Made by a program: the position numbers and the translations under genes
Source: the human T2T-CHM13v2.0 reference genome, Homo sapiens
DNA: 64,000 nucleotides
Assembly (NCBI RefSeq): GCF_009914755.1
Contig: NC_060930.1
Reading direction: 5' to 3' (one strand)
In this document: positions 1 to 17,076 of the stretch, one piece after another
How positions within the stretch are numbered: the first letter of the stretch is position 1
Layout: each line of letters opens with the position of its first letter
Notes under the pieces: generated by a model
Told to the model about the DNA's origin: nothing
What the model saw: only the letters and a program-made list of their open reading frames with translations
Database searches by the model: none

Positions 1-429
1 TCTCTTGCCTACCTGCTTCTCGGCCTGTCCCTCCCTGGGGACCAATGGTGAATCCTGAGAAGAAAAAGGCATTGTCCTTATAGCTACACAGAACACAGGA
101 AGCTTCTGGCACATGTAACTCAGGATAGTGCAAACATGTGAGGACCTTGAAGATTGGAAGCCCCAGGATATAGCACCCTAAGCAATGGCACTGTCTCCAT
201 GAGAGTATCGGCAGGAAGACTGGTGATGAGGGGACTTCCTCAAAAAGAAGGCATTGCCACAGGTCCAAGAAATATCAGGACAAGACTCAGTCAGGAATAC
301 AAAGGTCAACCAGAAAAATCTATGTTCATGCTGTTAGCGCACGCTGTCCTCTGAAACCTAGTAAGGAATATGATGTTGTAAGGGACTATTAAGGTCACCA
401 AATATGAAGGGTTCAGTCAACTATGATGG

Positions 430-590
430 GAACACACAGTGGAGAAAACATGTGAATCATGACAGAGCACTATGAAGTGCTAAGTGAGGCAGAGACCAAA
501 TCCTCTGAGAACAGAGGAGAAGATACAATGGACAACACGCAAGGCATGAGATGGGGGAGGCCTCCAGGAGGAGGCAACATTTGAAAGCAG
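430..590 (-). mobile_element. Degraded L2 LINE fragment
   Basis: Purine-rich stretch (gggaggcctccaggaggaggcaacatttga) resembling the antisense L2 3' region; very diverged. Confidence 0.4.
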
Positions 591-599
591 AGATAAGTG

Positions 600-874
600 C
601 CCAGCACTTTGGGAGGCCGAGGCGGGTGTATCACGAGGTCAGGAGATCGAGACCATCCTGGCTAACACGGTGAAACCTTATCTCTACTAGAAATACAAAA
701 AATTAGCTGGGCGTGGTGGCGGGCGCCTGTAGTCCCAGTGGGAGGCTGAGGCAGGAGAATGGTGTGAACCCGGGAGACGGAGTTTGCAGTGAGCCCAGAT
801 CGCACCACTGCACTCCAGCCTGCGCGACAGAGCGAGACTCCGTCTCAAAAAAAAAAAACAAAAAGAAAGAAAAG
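600..874 (+). mobile_element. AluY, 5'-truncated by about 30 bp
   Basis: AluY diagnostics (gagatcgagaccatcctggctaacacggtg), A-rich tail, 13-bp TSD gcagagataagtg at 587-599 and 875-887. Confidence 0.95.
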
Positions 875-2391
875 GCAGAGATAAGTGAAAAACAAAGTCA
901 GCATCCACATGGAGTCGACATCCTTAAGAGAGAGACAAATGTGCACTCGGGTGCAGGGGTTTCACAGAGCCAAAAAGTAGATGAAAGAAGCTCACAGTGG
1001 AAGGACGTGGGGTGGCCGCAGGGGGAGATACTGCCTAATTCGCATCAGAAAATCATCATGATCACCACTGTGATTCAGAAAGATCACTCCTCCAGCAGTG
1101 TCATGGAAACACTGGAGAGATTCTACCAGGGAGACAAGTTAGAAAACCATTTCAAGGATACAGGTGGGAGTCAAGGCCAGAACTAGGAGTACTCTGCTTA
1201 TTCCAAGTCACAAAACAGACCATTTCCTCACTTACGTCTCCATTCCCACCCCCTTGTACTGGGCACCTCTGGAGACATCTTCAAAACACTTGTTTCATTT
1301 GTTTTCCTAAAACTGAAAAAAAAAATATGCGAACAATCTGTAGTGGCAATCTATCATTTTCATAAAGGCTCAAAGTCAAATGTGGGTTGTGGGGGTGGGG
1401 GATGGAGATCCTACAGATGCAATTTTCTGTTGAAAGGCCATTTGAAGAAAACTGAAATTCGTGGTGAAGGAAGAAGTGTTCTGCTTAACAGTTTTAAGTT
1501 TCCTATGGGCCTTCCTGAGTCATCAACTGACTCATTCCACCTGCTGAATTTTATTATTAATTCAAAAAAAATTCTGATAACAATAGAGTCGAAATTATAT
1601 TGCATGTTTTGATTTCTTTCCTCCCATTGCATAATTCTCCAGTTTTGCCCACATTTTGGCAGTTACTCTCACTACCCATGCAACAATGAGAAACATTCGT
1701 TTAAAAATATTTCCAACCCCCTCATGTTCACATGACATTGTTTCAATTCTAACTTTTTTTCAGTTCTTATATAAGATCCATTGCTATCTAATATTAGATC
1801 ATTGTATTACATGTGACATACTTCTAATATATGGTAGGAGTTTGACAGATCCTTGATTTGGTTCTTCTCTAAAGCCAAAAAACAAAAACAAAAGGAGCAT
1901 TTTGTATATGAATGATCAGTCCCAATTTAAGTGCTTGTTAGATTTGTTTTTTAGTTAAAATTTTGTTACTTTGAGAAGAAATATATTTATTGCAATTATT
2001 CATATAGGTAAATATGAGTGCATGTATGTGTAGTGTATGCCATAAATGTAGAGATCTAATCTGATTAATGATCAAAATTCAGTAAAATTGAAATAAAGAA
2101 GCCCAAGTTGCCCTCACTTGTCCTTCAGGTGTGAACTCTGAAGGTCTCTAAGATAACTAGAAATGACCACCAAGCAGAAGGGACATTCCCGCTTGAGGTG
2201 AATGTTTCTCTTAGCCTTCATAATTTGGGTGAAAACTGTCTTGACACTGACTGGACATTGACTATATTATATTTGAACCAAAAATATGAAATAATCTTTG
2301 TCACCAATTTTACCAAGTCAGTATAAAATTGTCAATATTAAAAATATGGTCTGGAAGATGATATGTAGGTTTGAAATTAACTTAGGGATAA

Positions 2392-2724
<333 letters not shown>

Positions 2725-3838
2725 TGGATCTGATTTTTTCACATAGGCTGAGAGTGAAGAAGAGGAAGACAGAGGGCAATGGTGAGAAGGAGAGAACACA
2801 GTTTGTCCTTCCTCTGTTGAGTTTTTACACAGCTGCCACTCCTCAAAGGCTAGGATTTCCTCCAGAGCCCCAGCCTTGTGATTTGCACATTAAGCTACTA
2901 GGCCTTGGGCCTCTCCCCATGAAAACATGCAATTGCTTAACCCAGGTAAGCCAAATATAGTAAAGATTCTAAAAATGTGAATTTTTCTTACACAAAGTTC
3001 CAGTCTATACCAATGTATTTCCACATGGTTTGGCAGCATCTTCAACCTGTCTGCTCCAGTTGAAAACGTTTCAGCTTCCAGCTTTCAGCTGCGTAGGGGC
3101 TGAAGTAGGGGTAGCAGGGTAGAGGTGCTGCAGAAAACAAAAACTTTGCTATAAAATCTTGGGAAAGATAAATAAAAATGAGGAAAACTGTACTTGCGCT
3201 TAGAACTACACTTCAGTGTTTGCAATGAGAGAGTAAGACTTAGAATCATCATAGAACAAAAGCTTTTTCCCAGCTCAAGCATTCAATTACCTGCATCTCA
3301 GAGAACCATGGAAGACCAAGGAGGAAGGACTGGACAAAGAGCCCCAGAATGTTAGTGTCAGAAAAGCACTGAGTCTCTCATAAGGCCAGACAGCAAACAC
3401 AACTTCATATACACATCTTTGCAGAAAAGCAAAACAAAGTTTCAATGATCTCCTTGGAAAATCCTGAAAAGTGCCTAGTCGACAAGAGATGGCAAAAAGG
3501 AAATGGATGTATGGATTGGTACTTTTTTTTACTTTACATATAAGGTAACTAAGGTTCAGAAATATTAGGACACAGAGTTATCCATCCACCATATGTGTAA
3601 AATGGCATTTAGATTGCCTATCTTTAGTGCCTTATCTTTATTGACCTAGTCAAGTAGAAACAAAAATCTTTACAAGAATTTTTCCTAAACATGAGATTGA
3701 CCATGTTTCTTTCAATCCTATTTTCTGCACAGGCCCTAACATTCTCCTCCGGTAGGTTCTCCCTCCACAGAGAATCTCAGCTACTCCCTGGGTTTGGGGA
3801 GAGACCACACTTGATTTTTAGCTAAAAACAGCTCTGTT

Positions 3839-3841
<3 letters not shown>

Positions 3842-3889
<48 letters not shown>
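3842..3889. repeat. (AT)24 perfect microsatellite
   Basis: Direct reading. Confidence 0.98.
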
Positions 3890-3893
<4 letters not shown>

Positions 3894-5882
3894 AAAATTA
3901 GTTACTATTTTCCTCATCTCTATCCTAAAAAAAAAAAAAAGTCTAGAAGCAAGCAGGGCAACAATTATTATTTTCAATATGCAGATGAGGCAAATAAAAC
4001 TTCAAGGGGCTGGTGATTGCTTAAGATAATTTATATAATTTATAGAGAATGCACCAAACTCAAACCTCGGTTCTCCATTTGATTGTTTGTTTCTAAATCT
4101 CAGGTCTCCCCTCTCTGCCAAGTAGATAATTCCGAGTGTGATTTATTTACAGAAACACAAACCTGCACAAAAGTTAGGCACCTCGCTAACGAACTTCTGT
4201 ATGTACCTAAATCCTGCCTAATGTAACTCTAAATGTTTTTGTTTTTCTTTTTGTGCTTTTCCCCCTGCATCTATAATGGATATCTTTGAACTTTAAAAAA
4301 GATACTCCAGGGGTGACTACCACAAGCTTAAGGATACCTGGAAACTTCTTACAAAAGACCCTTTGGCATTTCATCTAGCCTTGAGCTTCTCTTCCAATAG
4401 GGCAATCTTTTATTGTCTATTAGGTAAAAAGACAAATGAATACATTTAGCCTCATTAATATTACTTTTCTACTAGAATGTCTCTCTTGTTACTCTTCTTC
4501 TGTCTCCCCAATAGAATAAAACATTCATCCACTTATTAAGAAATATACACTGAGTGCATGTTCTTTGCAAGGTGCTAGGGGACCAGTCAACCAGTTGAAC
4601 CTGTAGTAGCTCAGGAGGGAGGGCTGGGGCTTGGTGGGTTGTGCTAGTCTGGTTTGGGTACTACTTTAAATAGTGATTAGGATTGAGACTCTGCTAGTCC
4701 TTCTGGGAAAAGCTAAGACTGGAAATGTAGGGAATGCCCTCCCTGTGAACAAAGGCAAAAGACTTATCATGGGAAAGTGAATGGGCACCTATTATTCTAG
4801 AGACAAAGATGGAGGTAGGTCAAAAACCTCGAGTTGAAAGCAGGCAAAGTATAAAGAAGAAATATCAGGAAAGGGAGAGCAGAGTCCAGGAATTAGTCTG
4901 TCCAAGCTGGGGATCTTGGTGACCAGCAGACTCCAGGTGGCCAGGATCAGCCCCAAGAATAAGGAATAAGCAGGCAGATGTTTGCACCACAGCCTTTGGA
5001 AGATTCTGTAGCCCTTTGTGGCAGACTATAATCAATGTGAACCCCAAATATCACTTGCTATGATGTTCCAGGTCCTACAGCCTATCCGAGACTGGTTGGT
5101 GTGGTAGGAAGAATTGAAAACCTTCCTGTTCTCAGAAAGCCATTCTGGGATCAGACAAGGCTGATTGGGAATAGTGTTGGCTCAAATGGAGGCCTTCTCA
5201 GCTGATACAGGAGCTCTTTCTAGCAAAGAGAATTCAAGGATGGTGTTTTGGACAATCAAACCAAGGATATTACTTCCAAGAAGTAGAATGACTTTCCTAC
5301 CTGTTCTCTTTTCACTGACCCCTTGTCTACCCAGACAGGGAACATGGCCTCTTTCCTTTGAAAGGACTAGAGAGATGAAGGAAATTAAATAGTAACAACA
5401 TGAATAAACAATTTAAAATTAAATGTTAGACATTCCTTCTTTTTTTCATTTCTTTCAGTCACCACCACTAACAGGAAATCCTAATTGGCTAGCACGTCTC
5501 ATTAGACTTTCAGAAAACCAGGCTCATTCTCACTTTTTCTCCTCCTTACCCCTCTTCATTCCTCCTGCAGAGGACATCAGCTATCTCTTAGGTTCCTTGT
5601 TTCTCTCCAGTCCAGTCTCTTGAGCACTCAAACACTGCACCAACAGTTCTCTATCAACATATTTTATTTAAATAAAAAGATTTCAGTCTAAGAATAAGTA
5701 ATGCTACTCTCTTTGGGGCTAAAGCAGTTGAAGTTGATTTTAGTAGCATCTTTCTCCTTTTCTGTGACAAATAGTTGGCCCTCCATTCACATTAGAATTG
5801 CAAACCAAGCCCAGAATACAAAAGACATAAGATGAAAATTTATAGATAGATATGTGTGTGCATATATGTGTGCATGTGTGTC

Positions 5883-6300
5883 TAGCTGACCCTTGAACAA
5901 CATGGGGGTTAGTGGGGCTGACCCCCTACATAGCAGTAAATTTATGTAAGATTTTTGACTTTCCAAAAACTTAACTACTAATTGACTGGAAGCCTTAGTA
6001 ATAACATAAACAGTTGATGAGCACATATTTTATATGTTATGTGTATTATATTCTGTATTCTTACAATAAAGTAAGCTAGATAAAAGATGTTGTTAAAAAT
6101 TATAAGGAAGAGAAAATATATTTACTCTTCATTAAGTGGAAGTGGATCATCATAAAGGCCTTCATCCTCATCATCTTCATGTTGAGCAGGCTGAAAGGAG
6201 GAAGAAGAGGAGGATTTGGTCTGCCATCTCATAGGTAGCAAAAGTGGAAGAAAATCCACACATACATGGGCCTGCATAGCTCAAACTCACGTTGTTCAGC
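5883..6300 (-). mobile_element. Tigger2a (MER28) TcMar-Tigger DNA transposon
   Basis: TIR-like tagctgacccttgaacaaca; internal text matches recalled Tigger2a (aagtggaagtggatcatcataaagg...); far TIR is eroded into (TA)n. Confidence 0.85.
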
Positions 6301-7217
6301 TATATATATATATATAGTTATATATATATATACACATACATGTATAATATATGCATATTATATACATATACATGTTTAGCTCATAAAGCAGGAAGCCTGA
6401 TTACTTAGCTCTGTAGTGTGGTTCTTGGATCAGAAGAGAGCCAGAATCAAGATCTACTAAATCCTCAAGTCAGTGAATGAAGACTGAGCTCACTGACCCA
6501 TCCGCCAAGGCCAAGACTCATAAGTCTAAAGCAACCCAATGTCTATGGGAAGAGGCCAAGAAGGACACCGACATTAAACAGATGTAGGACTGAGTACCCA
6601 GACAGACTCTGAGTTTGGAGCCAACTCCACACTTGCTGTAAAACAGGAGAAGTGAAAAAATATAATTAACTTTAAATAAAGGATAATCATATTGGTTAAC
6701 TAAAATCCCCTTTTGCCAGCCCTCAACTGCACCCTCTTGTATTCAATTACGAATAATTGATATAAAGTAGATATGACTTCAAAGACATATCATTGAAGAT
6801 ATACACTTTTTAAAATATGTCTCCTCTAATCATCCATAGAATCTTAAATGCATACATTTCAGAAATCTGAGATAAATTCCTAATGAATGCATATTACTAT
6901 ATATTTTAAAGTCATAAATGTAATTTGATAAACTTGCAAATTAATTTAGCAAGGAGCCATTTTAGAAAAGTGACTGATAAGCTGCTAATTTTATTTACTA
7001 AAGATAATTTAAGCAGATACTTATAAATTCATTAAGGAGTGAATCATCTTCCATTCTACAAGTTTATACTGAATATTTAGGACATGTGTTCACCATACTA
7101 AACTAGGGGGAATGCACCACTGAACACAGTATACATTTAAATAATGTTATTTAAGCAAAACAAGTTATATATACTAGGTCTTTTGTTCTAACAAATTTAT
7201 CTTAATAAAGCAAACGT

Positions 7218-7220
<3 letters not shown>

Positions 7221-7254
<34 letters not shown>

Positions 7255-7260
7255 TGTGTG
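7221..7260. repeat. (TG)16 microsatellite with imperfect extension
   Basis: Direct reading. Confidence 0.97.
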
Positions 7261-7699
7261 TTAATGTTGGCTCTTTTAAGTATGAAATTTGGAAATTTGA
7301 GCATTAGGAACAAAAAAATATGTGGCCGTATCAACTCAGGAAACCTTAAATATTGGGTTATGCAACTAATTCAATCTAACTTCCTTCTCACATGTTTTTA
7401 ACAACTGCGAAAGAAAGATAAGCTGTCTTTTTTTTTTTTTTCAGTTCCCAGATGATTTTAACGTTTAGAAGAAATACATTTGAAAAGTGTTCAACCATAA
7501 TAACAATGAAGTTAAAATGTAAGCAATAAAAGGCTATTTAAAACAAAATTTTATATGATCAGCTTGTGATACAATATTGGGGTGATTCCAGTGCAATTTC
7601 TGACAGCAATCAATATCAAACGATAGGCTATCAAGAGACACCAAAATATTATATTCTTTTAGAAATTCCTCTTGGAAAAAAGAACAAAGGAAGAAAAAA

Positions 7700-7925
7700 G
7701 ATATAAGCATAAATATTCACTGCAGTACTAACACAAAAGAAAAAAATGGAAACAACCTAAGTGCCAACTATGAGAAAGATTTAATTGTATATTTTTAATT
7801 TGCTGAAATATTATAAGGAATGTTAACAAATCAGCTAAGTTTTTGCAATAACATGGAGAAATCCTGGCCGTACAATGTTAATTGTAAATGTCAACTATAT
7901 GATCACTCCCATACTATGGTTTTAA
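7700..7925 (+). mobile_element. Old L1 (L1ME-type) 3' fragment
   Basis: aatattcactgcag...tggaaacaacctaagtgcc resembles L1M 3' sequence. Confidence 0.5.
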
Positions 7926-8229
7926 CTATTAATATTATAAACAAGTAAAGGAAAAGCAATTTAGAAGACAAAATAAAAAGGGGTCTGCTAGAAAAGAAAA
8001 AGCTATCATGAGAACCACTCCACCCGATCCCAGACCTCTGAAGTGGGGTATTATGTGCCTGTTATTATGGGGGAAACATCTGCTGGTAGATCAGATGCTG
8101 TTTTAAGGAAGAAATAAAAGAATTATGCACGTGTGTTGGAGGAAAAAGAAAGAAATTGCACGGGGGAAACATTATTCTTGTTTTATTCTCAAAATTAAAA
8201 CATAGGTGATAATATAGCCTAAGCAGATA

Positions 8230-9025
<796 letters not shown>

Positions 9026-9199
9026 TATAAGCAAGCTAATTAATATCCAGGGATACCGCATTCTAAAATATTACTTTCTGGTTATTAATACTTATCAGCC
9101 AAGAAATTCAAGCACTGTTATTTACATATTATAAGACCAGGCTTTGCAAAACTCTTTCAAAGTTAAGGGGCAAGTGTTAATATCATTTTGGAACTGTAC

Positions 9200-9436
9200 C
9201 GGCAGCATGGCACTGTGACTGGGGGAGTCACAAGACACGGGTCCCAATATTGACTCCATCACCCAGTGGTGACTTTGAACAAGTCACAACCTCTCTGCGC
9301 CTATTTCTTGCTTTGTAAAATGGTGATAAGAATTGTCTCATTGGGCTATTGTGAGAACATTAGCTAATAAATGTAAAGCAATTAGAACAGTAGCTGGCCC
9401 GTTATAAGCCTTCAATAAATGTTAGCTATAATTATC
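9200..9436 (+). mobile_element. MIR SINE, near full length
   Basis: Core gactttgaacaagtcacaacctctctgcgcctatttc...tgtaaaatgg and 3' end caataaatgttagcta. Confidence 0.8.
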
Positions 9437-10095
9437 ATGTCTGACTAAACATTTTGGTTCTATTCCCATTTTAGAATTACAGAAATTTCACAGGCATATA
9501 TTTAGAATGCATATATCAATTTGTAAATTACTTATATTCCACTATATCAACACTTCTCTCTTCCTAACTCCAAGTGATTCCTACTCATATTAAGTTATAT
9601 AACCTCAAACGCCCTGATCCTAGGACCACGAGAAAAGGTGAGTGGGCAGAAGCAGGGAAGAAATGGAATATAAAGAAAAGATTGCTGATTTGAGTTCTTC
9701 TGGAATTGAAATTCTATGAAGCAGTATCAGGCAGGATCAAAGAGGATCAGAGGTTTGAGCGTGGCTGCTTGACAAGCCAGGTGCTGAGATAAGCAGCATC
9801 CTCTGCGTCAATGTAGGAAATGGGACATTGGTTTTACTTCTTCTCATGTGGATCCACAATTGAGTGAGAGTTACTCAGATGTCTGGGCTACACTTGGCCC
9901 ATATTTTTGTACTCACTGGGGGACTCTACACAGGAAATACCTTCAAGCATCAGCAGAGTGTTCTGCACAGCATCATTCAAGTGAAAGGGTGAGATATTTT
10001 CAGGATAATTCAGGCAAATCAGTTGCAAATTTGTCAAATGACTGTCCCAACCATCAGTTTGCATATTAATCTGTTCATAGTTGTCACTATCCAGA

Positions 10096-10597
<502 letters not shown>

Positions 10598-13500
10598 TTA
10601 ATTGTACCTCATAGGCTAGTATGAGCCTGGGCCTCCAGCTAAGAAAAGGTGGTAAGTGAACAGCTCTCACGGGGGGAAGTGTAGCACTATTCAGTGCCAG
10701 AAATTTCTGAAAGAATAGTTCATATTTCTGAAGGCCAAATCCAAAATTTGCTCCTGCTGAGAAACTAGCTATTGAGATGTCCCTGACTAATCTACTGGGC
10801 TTTCTTCTATAAATTAAGTATAAAATAAGATTGCTCTGATAAGTGGTGTATACTGTTTAATAAATTTTTAAGCATGCAACTTGCAGTAGTATTCAAACAC
10901 AGTATCCAAATGGAATTTAGTCCCATGAACCAGTCCAGGTTCAAAGTCACCCATGAATAAATGCAAGAGGAAAGCAAAGCTTGACAAATACCTGTGTTGT
11001 CAACAGAACCAAGAAAAGGACATTTGTAGAGAAATGGAGGTGGGGGGACTACAATTCATATTGTCAATGGTATTGGTGCTGACATGTTGCTGGCACCTCA
11101 AAGAAATAGCTTTTATTGGATGTCAGCTTAAGAAGAAGAAAAGAAAGGAAACGGAAAAAAAAATTAGCTGAATGAGTACAAGGGAAAAGATCAATAACTC
11201 CCTCTGATGTTTTTTTGGCAAATTGGCCAAGAAAGGTCTGAAGTCTTTACTGGCTGACAATTCTGGCGTCTTTCCCAAGTAGAAATGTTGCAGCCAGAAA
11301 CTGCACTTAGTGAATTTAGTGAGACAATTAGTTTGGGAATATATATTAAAGGGAAGAGCACAGACCAACAGATTGTCATCAAAGCACCTAGGTCTACCCT
11401 GATCCCATGCAATGACAACTGGTTTATGTTATCTGGGCCAGACCTCCCACTTGATGAGGACACAGAGACCCTAATGCCCAGGTTGTGTGCTCAGCACCCA
11501 GCATGAATAGTATGATCACACAACTTCTCACCCAAATCCAAACACCTTAGGAATGAAAAGAGGTACAATTAATCATCGGGCTGGGCCACAGGGGTAAACC
11601 TGCACTCTCTCAGGCAAACCACGGCATACTGACAGCCTAACAGGATACATGTGCCTCTCCCTAGAAATCCACTCATTCGTAGTCACTGACTATAATCATT
11701 GACCCAGACCTTACCCACAAGAAATGGGAGGTAGAAGGGGAGACCACTTGAGTTAAATTTGTCACTCCTGCTGGAAAATGACCTCAAATCACTTGCCCAT
11801 ATGGCTTGGGGACAGCAGTGCTATCCTCCTGCGTTTTTTAGACTTTTCATCCAGTCAAGCAGATTTTCAACACAGAGTTTTCATGATGGCTTAAATAGGG
11901 ACAGGTAAGTGTCATTGTTATAATTAAAATGCAAACATCAACAACACAGCGATGAAGCAAAGGCATCCAACAGTTTGAAAAGAAGAGAGAGACCTGAGTA
12001 CAGTCACCGAGTTCTGGTTTGCTTCCAAATGCAGAAATTCAGTTGGTTTCATCATACCATTTTTGTGGGTTCAATTTTTAGTGTTTTCAGTTTTGTAAAA
12101 ACTACTTTTTTATTACCATAGAAATGTTAAGTTTTCCTCTCTCTCTCTCTCATTTCAATCTCTGTTTCTCCCACCCAACACCACCCAGGAAGTTCAATTT
12201 TGAATTGTAATAGATGCACATTTGTTTCTATTAAGTTCTGAATCAAGTCATGAAAATAAGCTAAAAATAGATGAATTAAATATGGAAAATAGTCATTTAG
12301 CCACCAGGATTCACTGACCAAAAATTTCAATTCACTCTGAGCATGCCCCACAGAGGCCGAGAGCTCCAGACACCTTCTGATGTGGCTGCCTCAAAATCAC
12401 AGCCTGCTGTTTTAAGTACAGCTTGAGAAACATGTGTAATATGCGTTACTTTCAAAGCACTATCCCAAATAAAGGCCTGTTTTATCTTCGTGAGAATTTT
12501 GAGAGAGGTCCTAGAGAAAACACATTTATGCCCATTTTGCAGATCAGGAAACCGACACATGGAGAGAAATCTGGTTGCCTAGAGCCACAGAGTTGATTCA
12601 AAACAAATTCAGCAGCACTAATGTGTCTAACTTCCGTCCTGGCCTATTTTTTTTATAAAAACAGCTAACTCAATTCTGCCACCATTTCAAGATGTTAAGA
12701 TCCGTCACTTTGTCATTCATACCCATCCAATCTTTGAAGGAATCTGCTGTTGATATTTAGTCTCTGGGACACAGAATGTATAACTATGAATAACACAATC
12801 ATATGATTGGGTGTTTTTTTAATGTGCTCCTCAACTGGCACTCAGTCTCAACATGTAACCCATATTTGGAGCCCAAATATGAGAGTGCTTACACCTACTT
12901 TATGTACCCTGCTGAACACAAAACCTTTTCATTTCCAAGAAACAACATTTTCATAATTGCATTAGCTCAACCACATTTTCAGAAAAATAACATGGACTCA
13001 AATGTATATGTGATGAATGGATTTGCCTTATGAAAATTTCAAGTCGCTTCAAGGTTTTGGTTCTGCATTTCCCACATTCGCATTATAATGATAGCACCAT
13101 AAAATTTGATATAAATTGCTAGAATCATAAGAAATATTTTCAAAACCCCTTCTTAAAGAAGAGGTGATCATATAATGAATCATGCAAATCAGCAAACAGA
13201 ACATCAGGAAAAAGGTATAAGCTGGGACCACAAATATAAATGAGGATGTCCAGTTGCCACATTGGGATATAGAAGCCATCCCTCTCAATAAAGTCCAAGG
13301 GAAATAGGAGGAGAGATTTGTAAAGATCCTGTTGACATCAGATGCTGTGAATGTTCTTTGCTAACCATGACTTACTAAACCCGAACATTGAACCTTTTTG
13401 GTGACAACAGTTCATGGTAAAAGAAGTTAAAAACATTTAAATAATATTTTCACTGTGTCTGTTAGTTTGAAGAAATAGTCAGGGTAGGTGGTTGGGGGAA

Positions 13501-14759
13501 AGAATGAGAAAAAATAAATGTCTTTCCTTTGGGCGAAAGCCAAGGACAACCTCAAAGAAGATATTCTTCAGAGATGAAAAATCAGAGGAATGACTCTAGG
13601 AACGCGACTGAAACCCTGGGTGACATGTGACATATGGGGTGAAAGGTTTTTAACACAAGAGGCATACTAAACTTTTGGGGGTGGGCTCTGAGGCTGGGCC
13701 CTTTTTTAGGGTTCTTTGTTTTTCATTTTTGTGTGTGGGCTCTCCGTGCTTTGAAGTTCCAGCCAGCAACAAAGAGAAAAACTTGCTCTGGTGTTTTTAG
13801 TTTGGCTGAGAGCTGCGATTTAGCTAAGGCTTCCCCCATATATGGACTGTAGGCTGATGCTGCAGGGTTGGCCGAGCCTGTCATAACCCTCTCAGTGTGT
13901 CTCTGAAATGGACACGGGCTTGGGATCTTGTAAGGGAACTTGTGAAGCCATCATTACTGTACAGCTACAAAATTCATGAACACAGCTAGAAAGAATAGCC
14001 TGTTGCTATTTATCCAAAGAGGTTAAAAAACATCCAGCACACTGCCTATTAAAACGTAAAAGCAGCCGTGAGTTCTTTCATTTTGACTCCAATTCCCTGG
14101 CACTGGCTTCATGATCCTGTAGGGACCTTCTCGTTAGGACTTGTTGCTTCCACTTTCAATGTTATTAGTGGCAAAGCGTTAGGCCAACAGTTATGCCCTG
14201 TTCTTTTGTTCTTGTAGGAAACATCTGTTCTTTTGTCAGAGAGCACATGCCAAAAACTATGCGATTATAAGCAGCGAGCTCTTCAGGGAGCAGTCAAGTC
14301 ATCACACACCCTGGAGCACAGACCTTGAAAACTTCCTGCACTCCCGCCTGGGTCCTGGCAGCCTCCTGGAGCTAGAGAATTGCTAAGCTAGTCACAGTGA
14401 GGTCCCCAGCCTAGGCCCCCAAGCACCCAGGCTGGAGGGAGGGAGGAAGGCAAGTGGGGAGGCATGGAATGAGGCAGAGAGTGGAAGTTAATTATCGATG
14501 AAGCTACATAAAAACATCTTTACATGCTCACTTGGCTAGAGTGTGGGGGCCACCCACATGGATCTGAACCCTCCACACCAGTGCTCACACTGTATCACAC
14601 ACACGGCTCATGCTAACGGGAGAAGGAGCAGAGACTATGCACACTAGGAGGCATGCAGAAAATGATGAAGGAAGCACTCAGAAGTCCCTGCGGTTCTAAC
14701 TTACCAGTTCTCTCAAAGGTGCAATGCTTATGGCTCACCCTTGCTTTCAAGGATCCACA

Positions 14760-14900
14760 AGCAGACTTGGGAGTCACGATGCCTGGGTCTGAATCTGGCC
14801 TTCACCCATTCTAGAGCTCTGACACTAAAGCGTTACAAGTTCATTGAGCCTCAGTTTCTTTATCTGTAAAATGATAGCAATAATGGTATCTGTCATATAC
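14760..14900 (+). mobile_element. MIR fragment
   Basis: tgagcctcagtttctttatctgtaaaatg MIR core. Confidence 0.8.
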
Positions 14901-16139
14901 CTGAGCTAATGTGTAAAATATCAGCATAGCAAAATAAGTTAAATCAATAATCTAAGTTTCTATCTTGAAAGGCTAAAAAAGAACAATAAATTAAACCCCC
15001 AAAAAGCAAAAGCAAAGAACAATAAAAATTAGAGTAAAAATAAAGTAGAAAACAAAAAAATAGAGAAAAGGTTGATTCATTAAAAACATTAATAAAGTTG
15101 ACAAACTCCTAGATAGACTTTAAAAAAGAAAGAGAAAACACAAATTACTAAATTCAGGAATTAAAAAGGAGATATAACTAAAATATTTTCAGACATTAGA
15201 AAGTTAAAAAGCAAATATCATAAACAACATTATGTTAACACATTTGGTAAATGAAATGAATGATCTCCTTAGAAATACAATGAAAATCATAGAAGTCTAA
15301 TATTTAAGTAGCCTTATAACCGTTAAAGAAATGAAATTCACAATCAAAATCTTTGCACAAAGAAAATTTCAGGCCCAACTGGTTTAATGCTAAATTCTTT
15401 CAAATATTAAGAGATAAAAGATAACAATCTTTAAACAAAAACACTTTTAGAAAATAGAGGAGGAATGAGCATTTCTCAACTCTTTATGAGTCCAGCGTTA
15501 CACCAATACCAAGACTAACACAGACATTTCAAGAAAAAAAATTATAGATAAAAATAATTTTTTAATATATATGTAAAAATTATCAACAAAATATTAGCAA
15601 ACAGAATCCAGAAATGTATAAAAATAATATTACACCATGGCCAGGAATGATTTATTTAAGGAATGCACAGTCAGTCTACCATTGGATAATAAATCAATAT
15701 AATTTACCACATTAATAAAGAAGAAAATTCACATATTTGAATAGATGCAGAAGTTGCACTTTAAAATATTCAACACCCATTCATAAGTTCTTAGAAAATT
15801 AGGAATAGGAAAACTCCCTTATCACAAGGCACCTATAAAAAACCTACAGTCATAACACACTAAATGGCAAAAAAAAAAAAAGTAAAAAGAATGCTTTTCC
15901 CCGAAGACTGGGCAGAGAAAAGGATGTCTGCTGTCATTACTCACCACTATTATGCAGTAATGTGCTGAAACTCTTATACAGTGCAATAAGGCAAGTAAAA
16001 GAGAAAAGGGGCACAAAGGTTGAAAGTAAAAAATTTATTTGCAGAAGATACAACTATCTATCTAGAAAATTCTAAGGTATCTACAAAAAGAGCTACAAAA
16101 ACTTGATAAGTGAATTTAATAAGATCATAGGATATCAGA

Positions 16140-17076
<937 letters not shown>

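Noticed and set aside
687-1186. 157-aa ORF and the many similar Alu ORFs (LECSG..., PVIPALWE...)
   Set aside because: Standard Alu translations.
9630-9645. Consensus donor AAG|GTGAGT
   Set aside because: No convincing upstream acceptor or promoter; isolated donors are common by chance.
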